From positions 480,001 to 544,000 of the forward strand of contig CBDCCI010000002.1 in NCBI GenBank assembly GCA_965214705.1: 64,000 nt of DNA, given 5' to 3'. Position 1 is the first letter of the stretch. Each line of letters opens with the position of its first letter. The notes below the pieces were generated by a model. The model was given only the letters and a program-made list of their open reading frames with translations, had not been told where the DNA came from and did not search any database. The position numbers and the translations under genes are program-made. The stretch is from Alphaproteobacteria bacterium. Lineage in GTDB: Bacteria > Pseudomonadota > Alphaproteobacteria > UBA828. Shown piece by piece: positions 38,949 to 50,319 of this stretch.

Positions 38949-39110
38949 TGGCTCAATTCGTGATCTGTAGGCATGAGCGGCCAGTTCACCAGCTTTGCCT
39001 TCACCGGGCGCCTGCAGGCGGCCGGCATCCGCATTTCGATGGACGGCCGGGGCCGATGCATGGACAACGTCTTCATCGAGCGGCTGTGGCGCTCGATGAA
39101 GTACGAGGTC
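38949..39110 (+). pseudogene. MITE-T end fused to an IS3-family transposase fragment
   Basis: TGGCTCAATTCGTGA followed by GQFTS...SMDGRGRCMDNVFIERLWRSMKYE. Confidence 0.75.
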
Positions 39111-39734
39111 GGAGCGACGTCTGCGACCGTGTTCTCGTCCACGCCGTGCAGGCGGACCAGGGGTCGAGGACCACGAGGCGCGGTACGATGCGCTCCACGG
39201 TCTCCATTCCTGCGACGCCGCGATCCGCGGCCACGTCTTCTGCTCGTTTCTGGGTGTTGTCTCCCGCACTACTTAACGCTGGATTTCCCGGATTATTTGA
39301 CGTGATCGCTGCCCGGATTTCGCAGATTGTTCGGTCTTTTCCGGATCGATGCGTAGGTGCTCATAGTGTCTGCGGGCGGTTCGGGCTCGCTGTCTGATTG
39401 AGTTGATGCGCCTTCTGACCTGACCGCCCCCCCCCTTCGGGTCCATCCCTGTCATGCCCGCACGCCCCTCGACGACGGGGGCGCGGAGAGCCACGTTCTC
39501 GTCGCGACGCAGGCGCCGAAATGCACCCGCAACGCTCATGCTTCGTGGAAAAGTACCCCGCCCGCGGCGCTCATGCGCGAGTCGACATGCACGCTCGCCC
39601 GATAGTTCACGCTATATTCGTGCCGTGCCCCTCCTCCTTTCCACCCCAGCCTCCCAACACAAACAGCCCGCGCACAGGACTTTGCAAGGGGCTCTCTTGA
39701 ACACTGAAAGAAGTGATCGTGCATAGACGGCCGC

Positions 39735-40853
39735 TCAGATGCTTGAGTACAATGCTTGATAGCGCTGTGACATTCTTTCCGCCGAGTACTTCTCTATGGT
39801 TCGTTTCCTGATTTGGTCCCTCGGCAGATTCACGATAGTTGCCAAATAGTCCGTCAATCTACTTGCAACTGCATCGGGGGAATCGGACAAGGAGAAAATC
39901 TCTACGCTTCCGGGCGGCATTTCATCCTTTAATTCGAGATGCGGCTCTATGTCAATGTCGGAAAGCACACAAGGAAGTCCCATTGACAACGCCTCCAATA
40001 CGGAACTTGGCAATCCTTCTCCTAAGGACGCACTCATGAAAAACTCGGAGTCACGCAAGTACTTGTATTCATCGTCTTCACCCAGATGCCCGACAAACGA
40101 TATTTCGCTGCCTTCGTAACTTGCAAGATCACTGTATTCCGGCCCGTCCCCAACAACGGTCAGTCGTGCAATGCCGTTATCCAGTCCCTTGAAAACCTCG
40201 CATAAATACCGAACATTCTTCCGAGGAATCAGCCGACCTACCGTCACGCCTCTGAAGTTGGCAACTTCTCTTACACGCGCGTTGACGATATTTGGGGGCA
40301 GTTTTACTCCAGTCGGGATTACCAAAGCATCCTTCATGCCATAGCGTTGTTCATAGTCAAACTTCATTGAATTTGAACAGCATACTACGTTATCGCATTT
40401 TCTCAGAGCTCGTACATGGCTTCTTGCCATGTACGTCCCAAGATACCTCCCGAACTCCAGGGGATAGTCTATATCGGGAATGTTATGGCAGGTTGTAATC
40501 CAGTTGGCAGGCTGGTGTAATTTCGATACAAGTGAGTCGCTTCGCCAGCCGGAACTGTGCATCAGGTCTGGTTGGGCTAATTTAATTACGTCTCGAAAGC
40601 GTTTCATCAGTAGGAATAGACCGAGCGTTCTACTCAGATTAATCGGGTATACCTTAACTGGTAGACGTTTAACTTGACCAACGAGAGAGTCATCGTTCCT
40701 TTCAGGAGAAAGAGTTATTATGGACACGTCGAATTTTGCATAATCGATATACCTCAAGATATTTGCTAGCTGAATAGATGGACCGCATCTCCAAAGTGTC
40801 GACAGCACATAAGCAACTTTGATTTTTCTGAGAGTATTGGAACGGGCTGTCAT
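39735..40853 (-). CDS. GT4 glycosyltransferase, low GC
   Basis: VGRLIPRKN, EGLPSSVLEALSMGLPCVLSDI. Confidence 0.88.
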   Translation of the reverse strand: MTARSNTLRKIKVAYVLSTLWRCGPSIQLANILRYIDYAKFDVSIITLSPERNDDSLVGQVKRLPVKVYPINLSRTLGLFLLMKRFRDVIKLAQPDLMHSSGWRSDSLVSKLHQPANWITTCHNIPDIDYPLEFGRYLGTYMARSHVRALRKCDNVVCCSNSMKFDYEQRYGMKDALVIPTGVKLPPNIVNARVREVANFRGVTVGRLIPRKNVRYLCEVFKGLDNGIARLTVVGDGPEYSDLASYEGSEISFVGHLGEDDEYKYLRDSEFFMSASLGEGLPSSVLEALSMGLPCVLSDIDIEPHLELKDEMPPGSVEIFSLSDSPDAVASRLTDYLATIVNLPRDQIRKRTIEKYSAERMSQRYQALYSSI

Positions 40854-40990
40854 GGGCCTTACTGTCCGTTCTATGGTATAGGTGGCAATGCCGGCTGCTG
40901 GGTGGGGATTGTCTGTCGCGCTGCGGCGCGGAACGAGCGAAGCTGATTTGAGCGGCCACGCATGGCGAACCTGACACACCCTGACAGACT

Positions 40991-43570
40991 CAGACTTCCT
41001 GACCTCTTGATGACAGCTGTCCCGGCCCGCGCGCCGGGAACTCCCTGAATTTCGTTATTTTTCGGCTGTTTCAGGCGGGTTTTCGGTGGCCGTCGCGTTG
41101 AACGTCTGGTATTTTAAGTTGACACCATATACGCGGTCTCAGCCATGCCCATTACCCTCCCAATGTGCCCCCCAGAGACGGTTCCAATCGGCAACAGCTG
41201 CTTCGCCGTCCTGATCTCGGACGACAGCTTCACCTACTTTTCCAACCTCAATCCCTTTGACAGCCACGCTGCGGATGACCGCGCGGCCATGCTCTTGCGG
41301 ATCGGCCGCCTCGCGGCGATCGGCGCGGTCTCGCCGCTGGATCTGGCCGACGCTTTCGGTGTCTCGCGGGCAACGGTGCAGCGCGCACGACGGCGCTACC
41401 TTGCCGAGGGCGAAGCGGCGTTTCTGAAGCCCCGGCGCGGTCGCGGACCGTCGGTGTTCACGCCGGAGTTGGCGGCGAAGGCGACGGCGTTGCTGGAAGG
41501 GGGCCTGAGCGGCTCTGCGGTGGCCCGGGTTCTCGGCGTGTCGGCGCCGTCGGTCAACAAGTGGCGCCGCCAGGGGCTGATCGGCAATGCGGAGGCGGAT
41601 CGGGCGCCCGGAAGCTCAGCGGTGCCTGTGCCGCCTGACGCGGGTGCGGCGCCTGAAGGCCGTGTCGATGAAGGGAGTGCCGGTGCCCTCGGGCCGGGGA
41701 CGGGGCTGGAAGCGCAGCCGCCGACGGATCGCAGCGCGCGCGACCGGCGGGACCGGCAGGCGCCGATGGGCCGTGCGGCCTGCGATGTCCCGGCGCGGGT
41801 ATTGGCCAGCTGCGGGCAGACGGGGCCGGTCGAACCGCAGTTCACCGCCGCCGCCTGCGGTGTCCGCTTCGGCGGCGTTCTCGCCGCCCTGCCGACCCTG
41901 CTGAAGGAAGGCCTGCTTTCCGAGACCGGCCTCCTGCCGTTGCTGCCGAAGGGCTATTACGGGCTGAACACGATCCTGCTCTTCCTGGCCTTCATGACCC
42001 TGGCGCGGGTGCGCAACCCCGAGAGCCTGCGCTACCAGGCGCCGGGCGAATGGGGCGCCGTTCTCGGCCTCGACCGCTGCCCCGAGGTCAAGACGCTGCG
42101 GCGCAAGATCGCGCTCATGGCCGACGACGAGGCCGGCGTGCGGGCCTGGCAGCTCGCCCTTGCCAGGCGCTGGCAGGCCGACGAGCCGGCGCTCTGGGCG
42201 ACGCTGGCCGTCGACGGGCACGTCAAGGTCTACACCGGGCGCAAGGGCCGCCTGCCCAAACACTTCGTCTCGCGCGAGAAGCTCTGCCTGCCGGCGAGCG
42301 CGAGCTACTGGGTCAACGCCCTGGGCGGCAAACCCCTGCTCTGCGTGCACAAGCCGCTGGACCCGAAGATGGTCGCCGCCATCGAAGCCGACGTGGTGCC
42401 GGCACTGCAGGCGCTCGGGATCGTCGGCGCCGGGGCGCCCGACCTGAGCGCTGAGCAGCCCGGCCGGCCCGCGCTCACCCTGGTCTTCGACCGCGAGGGC
42501 TGGAGCCCGGATCTGTTCCGCCGGCTGGCCAGGCGCGGCATTGCCTGCCTGACCTGGCACAAGAACTTCGGCGGCGAGGACTGGCCGGCCTCAGACTTCA
42601 GCGCGATGACCGTTCCCATTTATGGACCGGCGGCGAACGGCAGCGCCACCATGCGGCTGGCCGAGAAGCCGGTGACACTGACGAACGGCCTCAGGGTGCG
42701 CCAGATCCGCCGCCTGCTCGACAATGGCCGTCAGGTTCCGCTGATCACCACCGACCCGCACAAGCCGATGACCGAGGCCGCAGGTGCCATGGTCTCGCGC
42801 TGGTCGCAGGAAAACTTCTTCAAGTACAGGCGCGACGAGTTCAATCTCGACGCCCTGCCGACCCGCGAGCTTGAGCCGCTCGATCCCGACACCATGGTCG
42901 TCAACCCGCTGCGGCGGGCCTATGACAAGGCAGTCCGCAACCTGGACCGCCAGCTTGGCCGCCTGCGCAACCGCATCGCCGATGCGGCCCGGAAAAAGCG
43001 GCCCACGGCGGACCTCAGAAAGGAACTCAGGGACCTCGAGGGCGGCCGCGAGATCGTCAGGTCCAGCCGCAGGGAGGTGCCCACGCACTGCCGGGCCGGC
43101 GACCTCGACGAAGCCGAGCAGCTCGATGCCTTGCCCGCGCGCGAGCGCCTCCTCCTCGACGTCATCCGGGTGATCGCCTACCGCGCCGAAACCCGCATGA
43201 TGCTTCCCGTCATGCAGGCGCAGGGCCGCAAGCCCCATCCCCGGAAACTGCTTCGCGCGCTGCTCACCGCCGATGCCGACATCCTGCCGGACCCTGCCAA
43301 CGGCGTCCTGAGGGTCCGCATTCTCGGCCTCGCAAATGACGCCTGCGACCGCCAGCTCGATCCTCTGCTGGCCGAGCTCAACGCCACCGAAACACTCTTT
43401 CCCGGGACCCAACTGCGCATGGTCTATGACGTCGACGGAGCCCCGGAATCCGCGCGGCTCGTGTCACCCAAAATCAGCAGAGGTCAGGAAGTCTGGGTCT
43501 ATGACGTCGACGGAGCCCCGGAATCCGCGCGGCTCGTGTCACCCAAAATCAGCAGAGGTCAGGAAGTCTG
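40991..43570 (+). mobile_element. Unclassified IS with large transposase
   Basis: 17-bp IR CAGACTTCCTGACCTCT; last 75 bp tandemly duplicated. Confidence 0.8.
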
Positions 43571-43571
43571 A
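41145..43571 (+). CDS. Putative DDE transposase with two N-terminal HTH motifs
   Basis: VDGHVKVY, VFDREGWS, RWSQENFFKY; fills the IR-bounded unit. Confidence 0.8.
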   Translation: MPITLPMCPPETVPIGNSCFAVLISDDSFTYFSNLNPFDSHAADDRAAMLLRIGRLAAIGAVSPLDLADAFGVSRATVQRARRRYLAEGEAAFLKPRRGRGPSVFTPELAAKATALLEGGLSGSAVARVLGVSAPSVNKWRRQGLIGNAEADRAPGSSAVPVPPDAGAAPEGRVDEGSAGALGPGTGLEAQPPTDRSARDRRDRQAPMGRAACDVPARVLASCGQTGPVEPQFTAAACGVRFGGVLAALPTLLKEGLLSETGLLPLLPKGYYGLNTILLFLAFMTLARVRNPESLRYQAPGEWGAVLGLDRCPEVKTLRRKIALMADDEAGVRAWQLALARRWQADEPALWATLAVDGHVKVYTGRKGRLPKHFVSREKLCLPASASYWVNALGGKPLLCVHKPLDPKMVAAIEADVVPALQALGIVGAGAPDLSAEQPGRPALTLVFDREGWSPDLFRRLARRGIACLTWHKNFGGEDWPASDFSAMTVPIYGPAANGSATMRLAEKPVTLTNGLRVRQIRRLLDNGRQVPLITTDPHKPMTEAAGAMVSRWSQENFFKYRRDEFNLDALPTRELEPLDPDTMVVNPLRRAYDKAVRNLDRQLGRLRNRIADAARKKRPTADLRKELRDLEGGREIVRSSRREVPTHCRAGDLDEAEQLDALPARERLLLDVIRVIAYRAETRMMLPVMQAQGRKPHPRKLLRALLTADADILPDPANGVLRVRILGLANDACDRQLDPLLAELNATETLFPGTQLRMVYDVDGAPESARLVSPKISRGQEVWVYDVDGAPESARLVSPKISRGQEV
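43421..43570 (+). repeat. 75-bp tandem duplication of the IS right end
   Basis: 43421-43495 equals 43496-43570. Confidence 0.92.
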
Positions 43572-43646
43572 GGTTCAGAACGAAGCGCTCCGCTCCGCCG
43601 CCGGCCAGACTGGTTATCATGACGCAGACATGGAATTTATCCGATC

Positions 43647-44897
43647 TCACCGTGCTCGCTCCCTCACCAGCTTTCGGAATAGTGCCTCGTAGGCGTCAGC
43701 GGCCTTCTCGGGTGAGAAGTCGGCGGCGCGAGCGCGCAGCGCTTCCTCCGTCGGCCGCGCGCCGCGCAGCGTCGCGATCAGCGCCCGCGCCAGCGCTGGC
43801 GCATCGCCCACCGGCGGCAGCTCGCCCCAACCCCCGAGGATCTCCCGCGGACCGTAGGGCGCGTCGGTGCTCACTACCGGCGTGCCGCAGGCCAGCGCCT
43901 CGAGGACCACTGTCGGCAGACCCTCCCAGCGCGAGGACAGCGCAAGCAGCCCCGCCCGGCCCATGTAGCGGTACGGGTTCTCGTCGAAGTCCACGAAGCC
44001 GAGGTCTCCCTCCACACCGTGGCCCTGCGCCAGGGACTTGAGCCTTGCCCGGTACGGCGCCGAGAGCCGGCCGAGGATGACCAGCCGCGCGTCCACCTCG
44101 CGCCTCGCCAGCCCGAACGCCTTCACCAAGGTGGGGTGGTCCTTCTGGGGCGCCTCGCGCCCGACGCTCAGGACCACCGGCGGCTCGCCGTCCGCGAACC
44201 AGGGGTGTGTGACTTCCTCCTGCGCCAGCCGCCGTATGCTGTCGGCGGGAATGGGGTTGTAGATGGCGTGAATGCGCTCGGCGTCCACCCCCAACGATCG
44301 CCGCACAGACTCGCCCACGCCCCTGGACACCGCCACCACCGCGTCGGCCAGCGGATAGAGCGTCCGGGCAGCGGCCAGCCACTCCGGCGCATAGCCCGCG
44401 GTGAGGTTAATGCGTACCGTGACCACCGTCGGAACGGCCCGGTCCGTCAACTGCGCGGCGCAGACCGCGGCGGCGTCGGCGACCCGCAGCGCCGAAACCA
44501 GCACATCGGGACGCGCCTCGCGGAGGTAACGGGTCAGAATGTGGATGGAAGCATAGAGAGAGCGCTTGCGCCGGACCCGTATGCCAGGGTGCAGCCGGCC
44601 GAGAACCAGCCCGGTCCACGCGACCTTGACCGGGTTCACGCAGAGCGCTGTTACTTCCGCGCCCGAACTTTGGACTGCCCGCAAGAACCTCCTGTCGGTG
44701 TGAGGAAGCCGTCCCCGGTACAATCGCAGGCCACGGGGAATTGCGGCCCGGTAGTCGCCCGCGAAGCAGGGAATCACCAAGTCAACCCGGTGCTCGCGCT
44801 TGATGAGCGCCCGCGTCAGACGAAGAATATTGTGCTGCGCACCGCCCCCTTCCAGGTTGGGCAGCACGAACCCGACATGGAGTCTGCCGTCGGCCAA
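43647..44897 (-). CDS. GT4 glycosyltransferase
   Basis: PNLEGGGAQ, SSRWEGLPTVVLEALACGTPVVSTD. Confidence 0.9.
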   Translation of the reverse strand: MADGRLHVGFVLPNLEGGGAQHNILRLTRALIKREHRVDLVIPCFAGDYRAAIPRGLRLYRGRLPHTDRRFLRAVQSSGAEVTALCVNPVKVAWTGLVLGRLHPGIRVRRKRSLYASIHILTRYLREARPDVLVSALRVADAAAVCAAQLTDRAVPTVVTVRINLTAGYAPEWLAAARTLYPLADAVVAVSRGVGESVRRSLGVDAERIHAIYNPIPADSIRRLAQEEVTHPWFADGEPPVVLSVGREAPQKDHPTLVKAFGLARREVDARLVILGRLSAPYRARLKSLAQGHGVEGDLGFVDFDENPYRYMGRAGLLALSSRWEGLPTVVLEALACGTPVVSTDAPYGPREILGGWGELPPVGDAPALARALIATLRGARPTEEALRARAADFSPEKAADAYEALFRKLVRERAR

Positions 44898-44900
44898 CGG

Positions 44901-45456
44901 TCACGCCTTCGCAGGGCGTCGGTCACCGGCGCCGCGCACCGCCCCTATCCCGACGCTCAACCCGGCGAGAAACATGAACGCTTCCTCGCCGAGCAGATGC
45001 GCGAAGGTCATGCAGTACGGGACGATGACGATGACCCAGGCCACGGTCGCATCCCGAGCGAGCGACTTTGGCGCGCCCCATTGCGCGCGCAGCAGCAGGA
45101 AAATGGCGCACAGAAACAGAAGCAGAGGGACGATACCGGCCTCTCCCAGCAACATAATGAACAGATTGTGAGGGTCGGGCAGGTCGCCGCTATGTGTGAC
45201 GGGGGCGCCCTCCAGGTATTTCAGCGCCCTCAGACCGTGACCGAAGACGGGCGCCTCCATGGCCTTCTCGAATCCCAGCCTCCAAAGCAGCGGTCTGTCC
45301 TTCGCCAGGGCGGCGCAGATGAAGCCGTCATCGATATCGTGGCGGCGCAGACCGTACAGCTCCCACGGCATGCAGCCCTGGAAGTCGTTATCGGCGACAG
45401 CCAGCGAGAGACCCTTGATTCCGGCCAATTCGGGCGGGACGGAACCGGTGAGACGG
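44901..45456 (-). pseudogene. O-antigen ligase/polymerase-like C-terminal fragment with an LRR-like segment
   Basis: PVFGHG, PHNLFIMLLGEAGIV; cut by an ISAs1 end. Confidence 0.65.
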
Positions 45457-46010
45457 CACGGCAAATTCGTTCTGATTTTCGCCGCTGGCTGACGGCACTG
45501 AATCATGCTCCATCCGCTTTCGTTTGGGACCTTGCGGGGGCTGGGCACGGGATTTGGCCGCCATCGCGCCGCCGCATAGCGATGCCCTTGGCCGCGAGAG
45601 TCGAGCACGGCTTCATCTGAACATGACCGCTCGCCCCCAGCGTTCCGAGGGTTGGCGTCGCGGCGAGGGGCACGGCTGGGAGGGGGTCAGTCCGGCGCTG
45701 GCCGCGGAGCGACGTTGTCGGTCATTTTCAGGAAGTCGAGAACCCGCCTCGGTTTCCTGGCCAGATTGCGCATGGTCTCGGCGACAGCGAGCCCGCGCCC
45801 CTTGATGACGCCGATGGCGAAGCGCCGCAGCAGGGTCATGTTCTCCGGACCGTAGCCCGAGCGGATACGGCATCGGTCCTCGTCGAAGCTCCAGTCGAGG
45901 ATGTGATGGGCCGCCTCGATGGTCCAGTGCCCGCGATTGAGGGTGAGCAGGCGTTCCGGCGATGCGGCCTGCGCACTCAGGCTGGTGACGCCGTAAGCCG
46001 TCTCGCAGCT
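45457..46010 (-). mobile_element. ISAs1-family remnant (3' transposase and right end)
   Basis: ETAYGVTSL...NRGHWTIE...LDWSFDEDRCRIR; end CACGGCAAATTCG. Confidence 0.8.
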
Positions 46011-46016
46011 CCTTTT

Positions 46017-46345
46017 ATGAGGCTGTGGAAGTCAAGGAACGAAGCCTCTGTCTACCTCATGTGGAGCCCTCCCTGGGTTGGCAGTATCTTCGGCCGCTTT
46101 CGCCGGGTCGAAACGCTTCTTGCATCGGTCGCGCCTCAAGTACGCATACCCACCTTTTATCCGGGCGGTTGTCGGCAAGGGTGTGCCGAATCCGTCCCCC
46201 CAATCCCGCTTGCTGCGGGCGCAGCGTTCCGGAGGCGGGACCCATCTCTTGCCCGGCGTATTTCAGCCCGCGAGCAACCCGGCCACACGCCACCCGGCCC
46301 AGCGCCTGCCGCGTCCGGCCGGGCTGGAACAGTGCGGTCTCGGTG
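46017..46345 (-). ncRNA. Putative bridge/seekRNA region
   Basis: Shares AGATGGGTCCCGCCTCC core with 5112-5128. Confidence 0.55.
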
Positions 46346-47521
46346 TCAGGCGAGCTTGGCGCCCGTCGGCACGAGACCGGTCCCGGAGAACCGCCACAGC
46401 GCGATGAGTAGCTTGCGGGCGAGCGCCACGATCATCACTCGGCGAATGCGGCCCCGAGCTCCGGCGGTGCGTTCCTCGAACCACTTGCTGAGCGCGCTGT
46501 CGGGTTGATGGCGCAACCAGCGCCACGCCATTTGGATGAGGAGGGCACGGATCCAGGCCGGACCGTCGCGGCCGATCCCCTGATCGCGTTGCACGTCCCC
46601 GCTTGCCCACGGAGCCGGCGTCAACCCGACCCAACTCGCGAGCTCACGGCGGTTGTGGAAGTCGCGGTAGAAGATCTCGTGCTCAAGCAGCGTCACGTCG
46701 TTCGCGCCGATCCCCTTCAGTTGGGTCAACGTCGCGATCTTGGCCGCCGCCTTCTCCTGGCTTCCCTCCGGGGCGACCGGCGCCGGGATAGCCTCGCCCT
46801 GGCGGGCAACCGCATCTCGCTCCGCCTCGACTTCCGCGATCTGCCGCTGCACGAGCGACAGCCGCTCCACAAGCCGAAGGATCTCCTGGCGAGCCCGCGG
46901 CGGGAACGGCGATCCATATGCGGTCACCGTGTCCGCGAACGTCTCCTCGAACCCTTTGGCGCGGGGGTCCAGGTCGAAGATGCCGTGCAGCTTCAGCAGC
47001 CCCTTGATCGAGTTGGTCAGCGAGGTCCGCTCCTTCACCAGGCGCCGGCGCTCGCGAATCAGCCGCTTGCGATCCTCCTCCTCGACGCTCGGAACCCGCA
47101 CACGGCTCAGCACTGCGGCGTCACCCCGGTCATGGGCGAGAAGGGCGCGCACCATCTTCTTCGCATCGATCCGATCCGTCTTGCGCTGCTTCGCCTTCCG
47201 GTTCACCAACAGGCTCGCCGGATCGAGCACCACCGTCTCGATGGACATCTCCCGCTCCAGCCAGCGCTCCAGCCAGAAGCCCTCGTAGCCCGCCTCGTAG
47301 CAGCACAGGACGCGCACCTCTCGGTCGAGAGCCCGTTCAGCCTTGGCCCGCTGCTTCTCGATCAGATCCCTGAGGCCTTCCGTGTCCGCCGGCCCGAGCG
47401 AGTGCAGGCCGATCTTTTCGCTGGTCGGGCTCTTGACCCCAACCACCCAGCTCTTCCGGCTGACCTCAATCGCCACGTACAGCGTGTTGAACTGAGCCGC
47501 GTTCCGCGGCGGGGTGTCTTG
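46346..47521 (-). pseudogene. IS110 transposase separated from its start codon
   Basis: YEAGYEG, KTDRIDA, ARKLL motifs. Confidence 0.85.
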
Positions 47522-48510
47522 CCCGCCGGGTAATCGGAGTGACCTCCCCACAGCAGGCAAGTTGATCGGGGCCGTCCGCCTCAGCGCGACGGCGCAGGGT
47601 CTCAACCCGTTTCTCTCTCGTTGATCGATGGTCGTCGACCGCCTGGCCCGCAAGCAAGAGCATGGGCGTGTCTTCGTGACAGATCAGACCAAGAGGGAGA
47701 CGCCCCATGACGCCGCTTCGTCAGCGCATGATCAACGACATGACCGTTCGCGGCTTCGCCGAGAACACCAGGAAGTCCTACCTCAACTCGGTCTCCAGGC
47801 TCGCGGTTCACTACGGCCGCAGCCCCGAGTTGATCTCGGCGGAGGAAGTCCAGGAGTACCTCATCTTCCTTCACGAAGAGCGGGGGCTGGCCTGGCAGAG
47901 CTGCAACAGCGCTCGCCAGGGGATCCGCTTCTTCTATCGCATCACGCTGGGCTTGCCCGAGCCGCACTTCTATCTGCCCTTCGCCAAGACGCCTTCCACC
48001 CTGCCCGTGCTGCTCAACCAAGAGGAACTGGTGCGGCTGTTCAGCGTCACCATCAACCGCAAGCACCGGGCCTTGCTGATGACGGCCTATGCAGCGGGGC
48101 TTCGGGCGAGCGAGCTCGGCCGGTTGCAGGTCGGCGACATCGACTCACAGCGCATGTTGCTGCGCATCGACCAGGGCAAGGGCAACAAGGACCGCTACGT
48201 CCCGCTTTCGCCCCGGCTGCTGGAGGAGCTGCGCGAGTACTGGCGGCGGGTACGGCCCGAGCACTGGCTGTTCCCCAGTCGGATTCTCGGCCGGCCGATG
48301 ACGCGCAGTGGGGCCTCACGCGTTTACAATGGAGCCAAGGACAAGGCCGGGATCGACAAGCCCGGCGGGATCCACACGCTGCGCCATTGCTACGCCACCG
48401 GGCTCCTCGAGGCGGGCGTCGAGTTGCACGGTAAGCGGTACGCAGACCCCATACCGGAATCTGGCTTGACTACGACGGGGATTTCTTGAGGAGCGCCGTG
48501 AGCGCGCGAG

Positions 48511-50253
48511 TCATTTTGCCTCGGGCTGGAAGTTCCACGGCAGAAGCTCCTGGATGCCCGACTGCGGGTGGCCCTTGGCGATCTTCTCGAGCGTGCTCCG
48601 CATCCAGGCGTAGGGCTCGACGCCGTTCATCTTGCAGGTCTCGATCAGCGAGGCGATGCGGGCCCAGGCTTGCGCACCCTCGTCGTTGCCGGCGAAGAGC
48701 GCGTTCTTGGCGGTGAGCTTCAGCGGCCGGATTCGGTTTTCCACCAGGTTCGAGTCGATCTCGACACGACCGTCGTGCAGGAACTCCAGCAGCCCGTCCC
48801 ACTGGTTGGCGATATAGGTCAGCTTCTCGCCGAGACGCGAGCGCGGTGAGACGCGCGAGCGCTGCTCGTCGAGCCAGACACCGAAGGTGTTCACGATCGG
48901 CGCCGACTCCTCCCAACGGATCGCGCGGCGCTCCGCCGGCGGCTTGCCCCGGATCTTCTTCTCGATCGCATAGAGCTTCGCGATCCGATTCAGACCGGCC
49001 AGCGCGATCGGCGATGCGCTCGAGTCGTATACCTCTTTCAGCTTCCGTCTTACATGCGCCCAACAGAGGGCCCGCGTCACAGGGCCTTCCGCCCGGTCCG
49101 GCCGCGCCAGGATGTTGTGGCCCGAGTAGCCGTCGAGCTGCACCGTCCCCGAAAAGCCCTCCATAAGCTCGGCGCCATACTTGCCGCCGCGGCCGGGCGC
49201 ATAGCGATAGACGACGCCCGGCGGGTCCGTGCCGCTCCAGTGGCGCTCGTCACGCACAAGGGTCCACATGTAGCCCGTCTTCGTCTTGCCCCGGCCCGGG
49301 TCGAGAACGCGGATCGTGGTCTCGTCCAGACCCAGGTGATCCGACTTCTTCAGCTCATCCTCCAGGCAAGCGACCACGGGGCGCAGGTGAAACGACGCCT
49401 GGCCCACCCACGTCGCCAGCGTCGCACGGTGAACCTCGATCCCCGAGCGCTCGTAGATCTGCGACTGGCGATAGAGCGGGCAATGATCGCCGTACTTCGC
49501 GATCAGCACCTGCGCCAGAAGAGCCTCGGTGGGAAGGCCGCCCTCGACCAGAGCGGCCGGCGCCGGCGACTGCACCACCCCGCCCCCCTTGCACTTGTTG
49601 CAGGCGTAGCGGGGGCGCACGGTCTCGATGACGGTGAACTTCGCCGGCTCATAGTCCAGCCGCTCGCTGCGGTCCTCGCCGATCTTCGTCATCTCGCCGC
49701 AGCCGCAGGGGCACATGATCGTGTCCGGCTCGATCACCTCCTCGCGCCGGTCGACCTGGGGCCCGAAGCGCACCCCGCTGCGCGACCCCCGGGAAGAGCG
49801 CCGCCGGCGCTTGCCGCCAGCCCCCTCGTCCTGCTCCTGGTCATCTGCCTCGGGCCGACCGCCGGCTTCAGCGATCGCCGCCCAAAACTCCTCGAACGTA
49901 AGCTGGCGCTCGTCCTCGCCGAGCTTCTCGGAGCGCGGACCGAACAGCGCCTTCCTGAGCTCCTTGTTGAGATGCTCAAGCCGGCTGATCTGCTCCGCGC
50001 TCTGCGCGTTCTCGGCCTCCAGCCGTGCCGCCCGCGCTTCCGCCGTCTGCCTCGCCGCCTCCGCCGCGCCGCGTGCCTGCTCCGCTTCGCATAGGGCTGC
50101 TTCCGTCGCCCGGCGCGCCGCGCGCTCGTCGTCAAGCTCCGCATGCAGGGCCGCCAGCGCCGCCGAAACCACCGCAGGCGACGGCGAACCGGCGCTGCTG
50201 AGGGGTGAGGGCGTGACCTTCGGCATGGGCCACCCCTTAATCCGATTCGCCAA
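48511..50253 (-). CDS. tnpC: IS66 transposase TnpC
   Basis: CPLYRQ, LDETT, DGYSG, CWAHVRRK, DSNLVENRIR. Confidence 0.93.
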   Translation of the reverse strand: MANRIKGWPMPKVTPSPLSSAGSPSPAVVSAALAALHAELDDERAARRATEAALCEAEQARGAAEAARQTAEARAARLEAENAQSAEQISRLEHLNKELRKALFGPRSEKLGEDERQLTFEEFWAAIAEAGGRPEADDQEQDEGAGGKRRRRSSRGSRSGVRFGPQVDRREEVIEPDTIMCPCGCGEMTKIGEDRSERLDYEPAKFTVIETVRPRYACNKCKGGGVVQSPAPAALVEGGLPTEALLAQVLIAKYGDHCPLYRQSQIYERSGIEVHRATLATWVGQASFHLRPVVACLEDELKKSDHLGLDETTIRVLDPGRGKTKTGYMWTLVRDERHWSGTDPPGVVYRYAPGRGGKYGAELMEGFSGTVQLDGYSGHNILARPDRAEGPVTRALCWAHVRRKLKEVYDSSASPIALAGLNRIAKLYAIEKKIRGKPPAERRAIRWEESAPIVNTFGVWLDEQRSRVSPRSRLGEKLTYIANQWDGLLEFLHDGRVEIDSNLVENRIRPLKLTAKNALFAGNDEGAQAWARIASLIETCKMNGVEPYAWMRSTLEKIAKGHPQSGIQELLPWNFQPEAK

Positions 50254-50319
50254 TGCATGACCAGGGAAAAGTGCAGGCGGGACCGCGACCGAAATCTGCG
50301 GCCCCGCCTGCGTGCCGCC

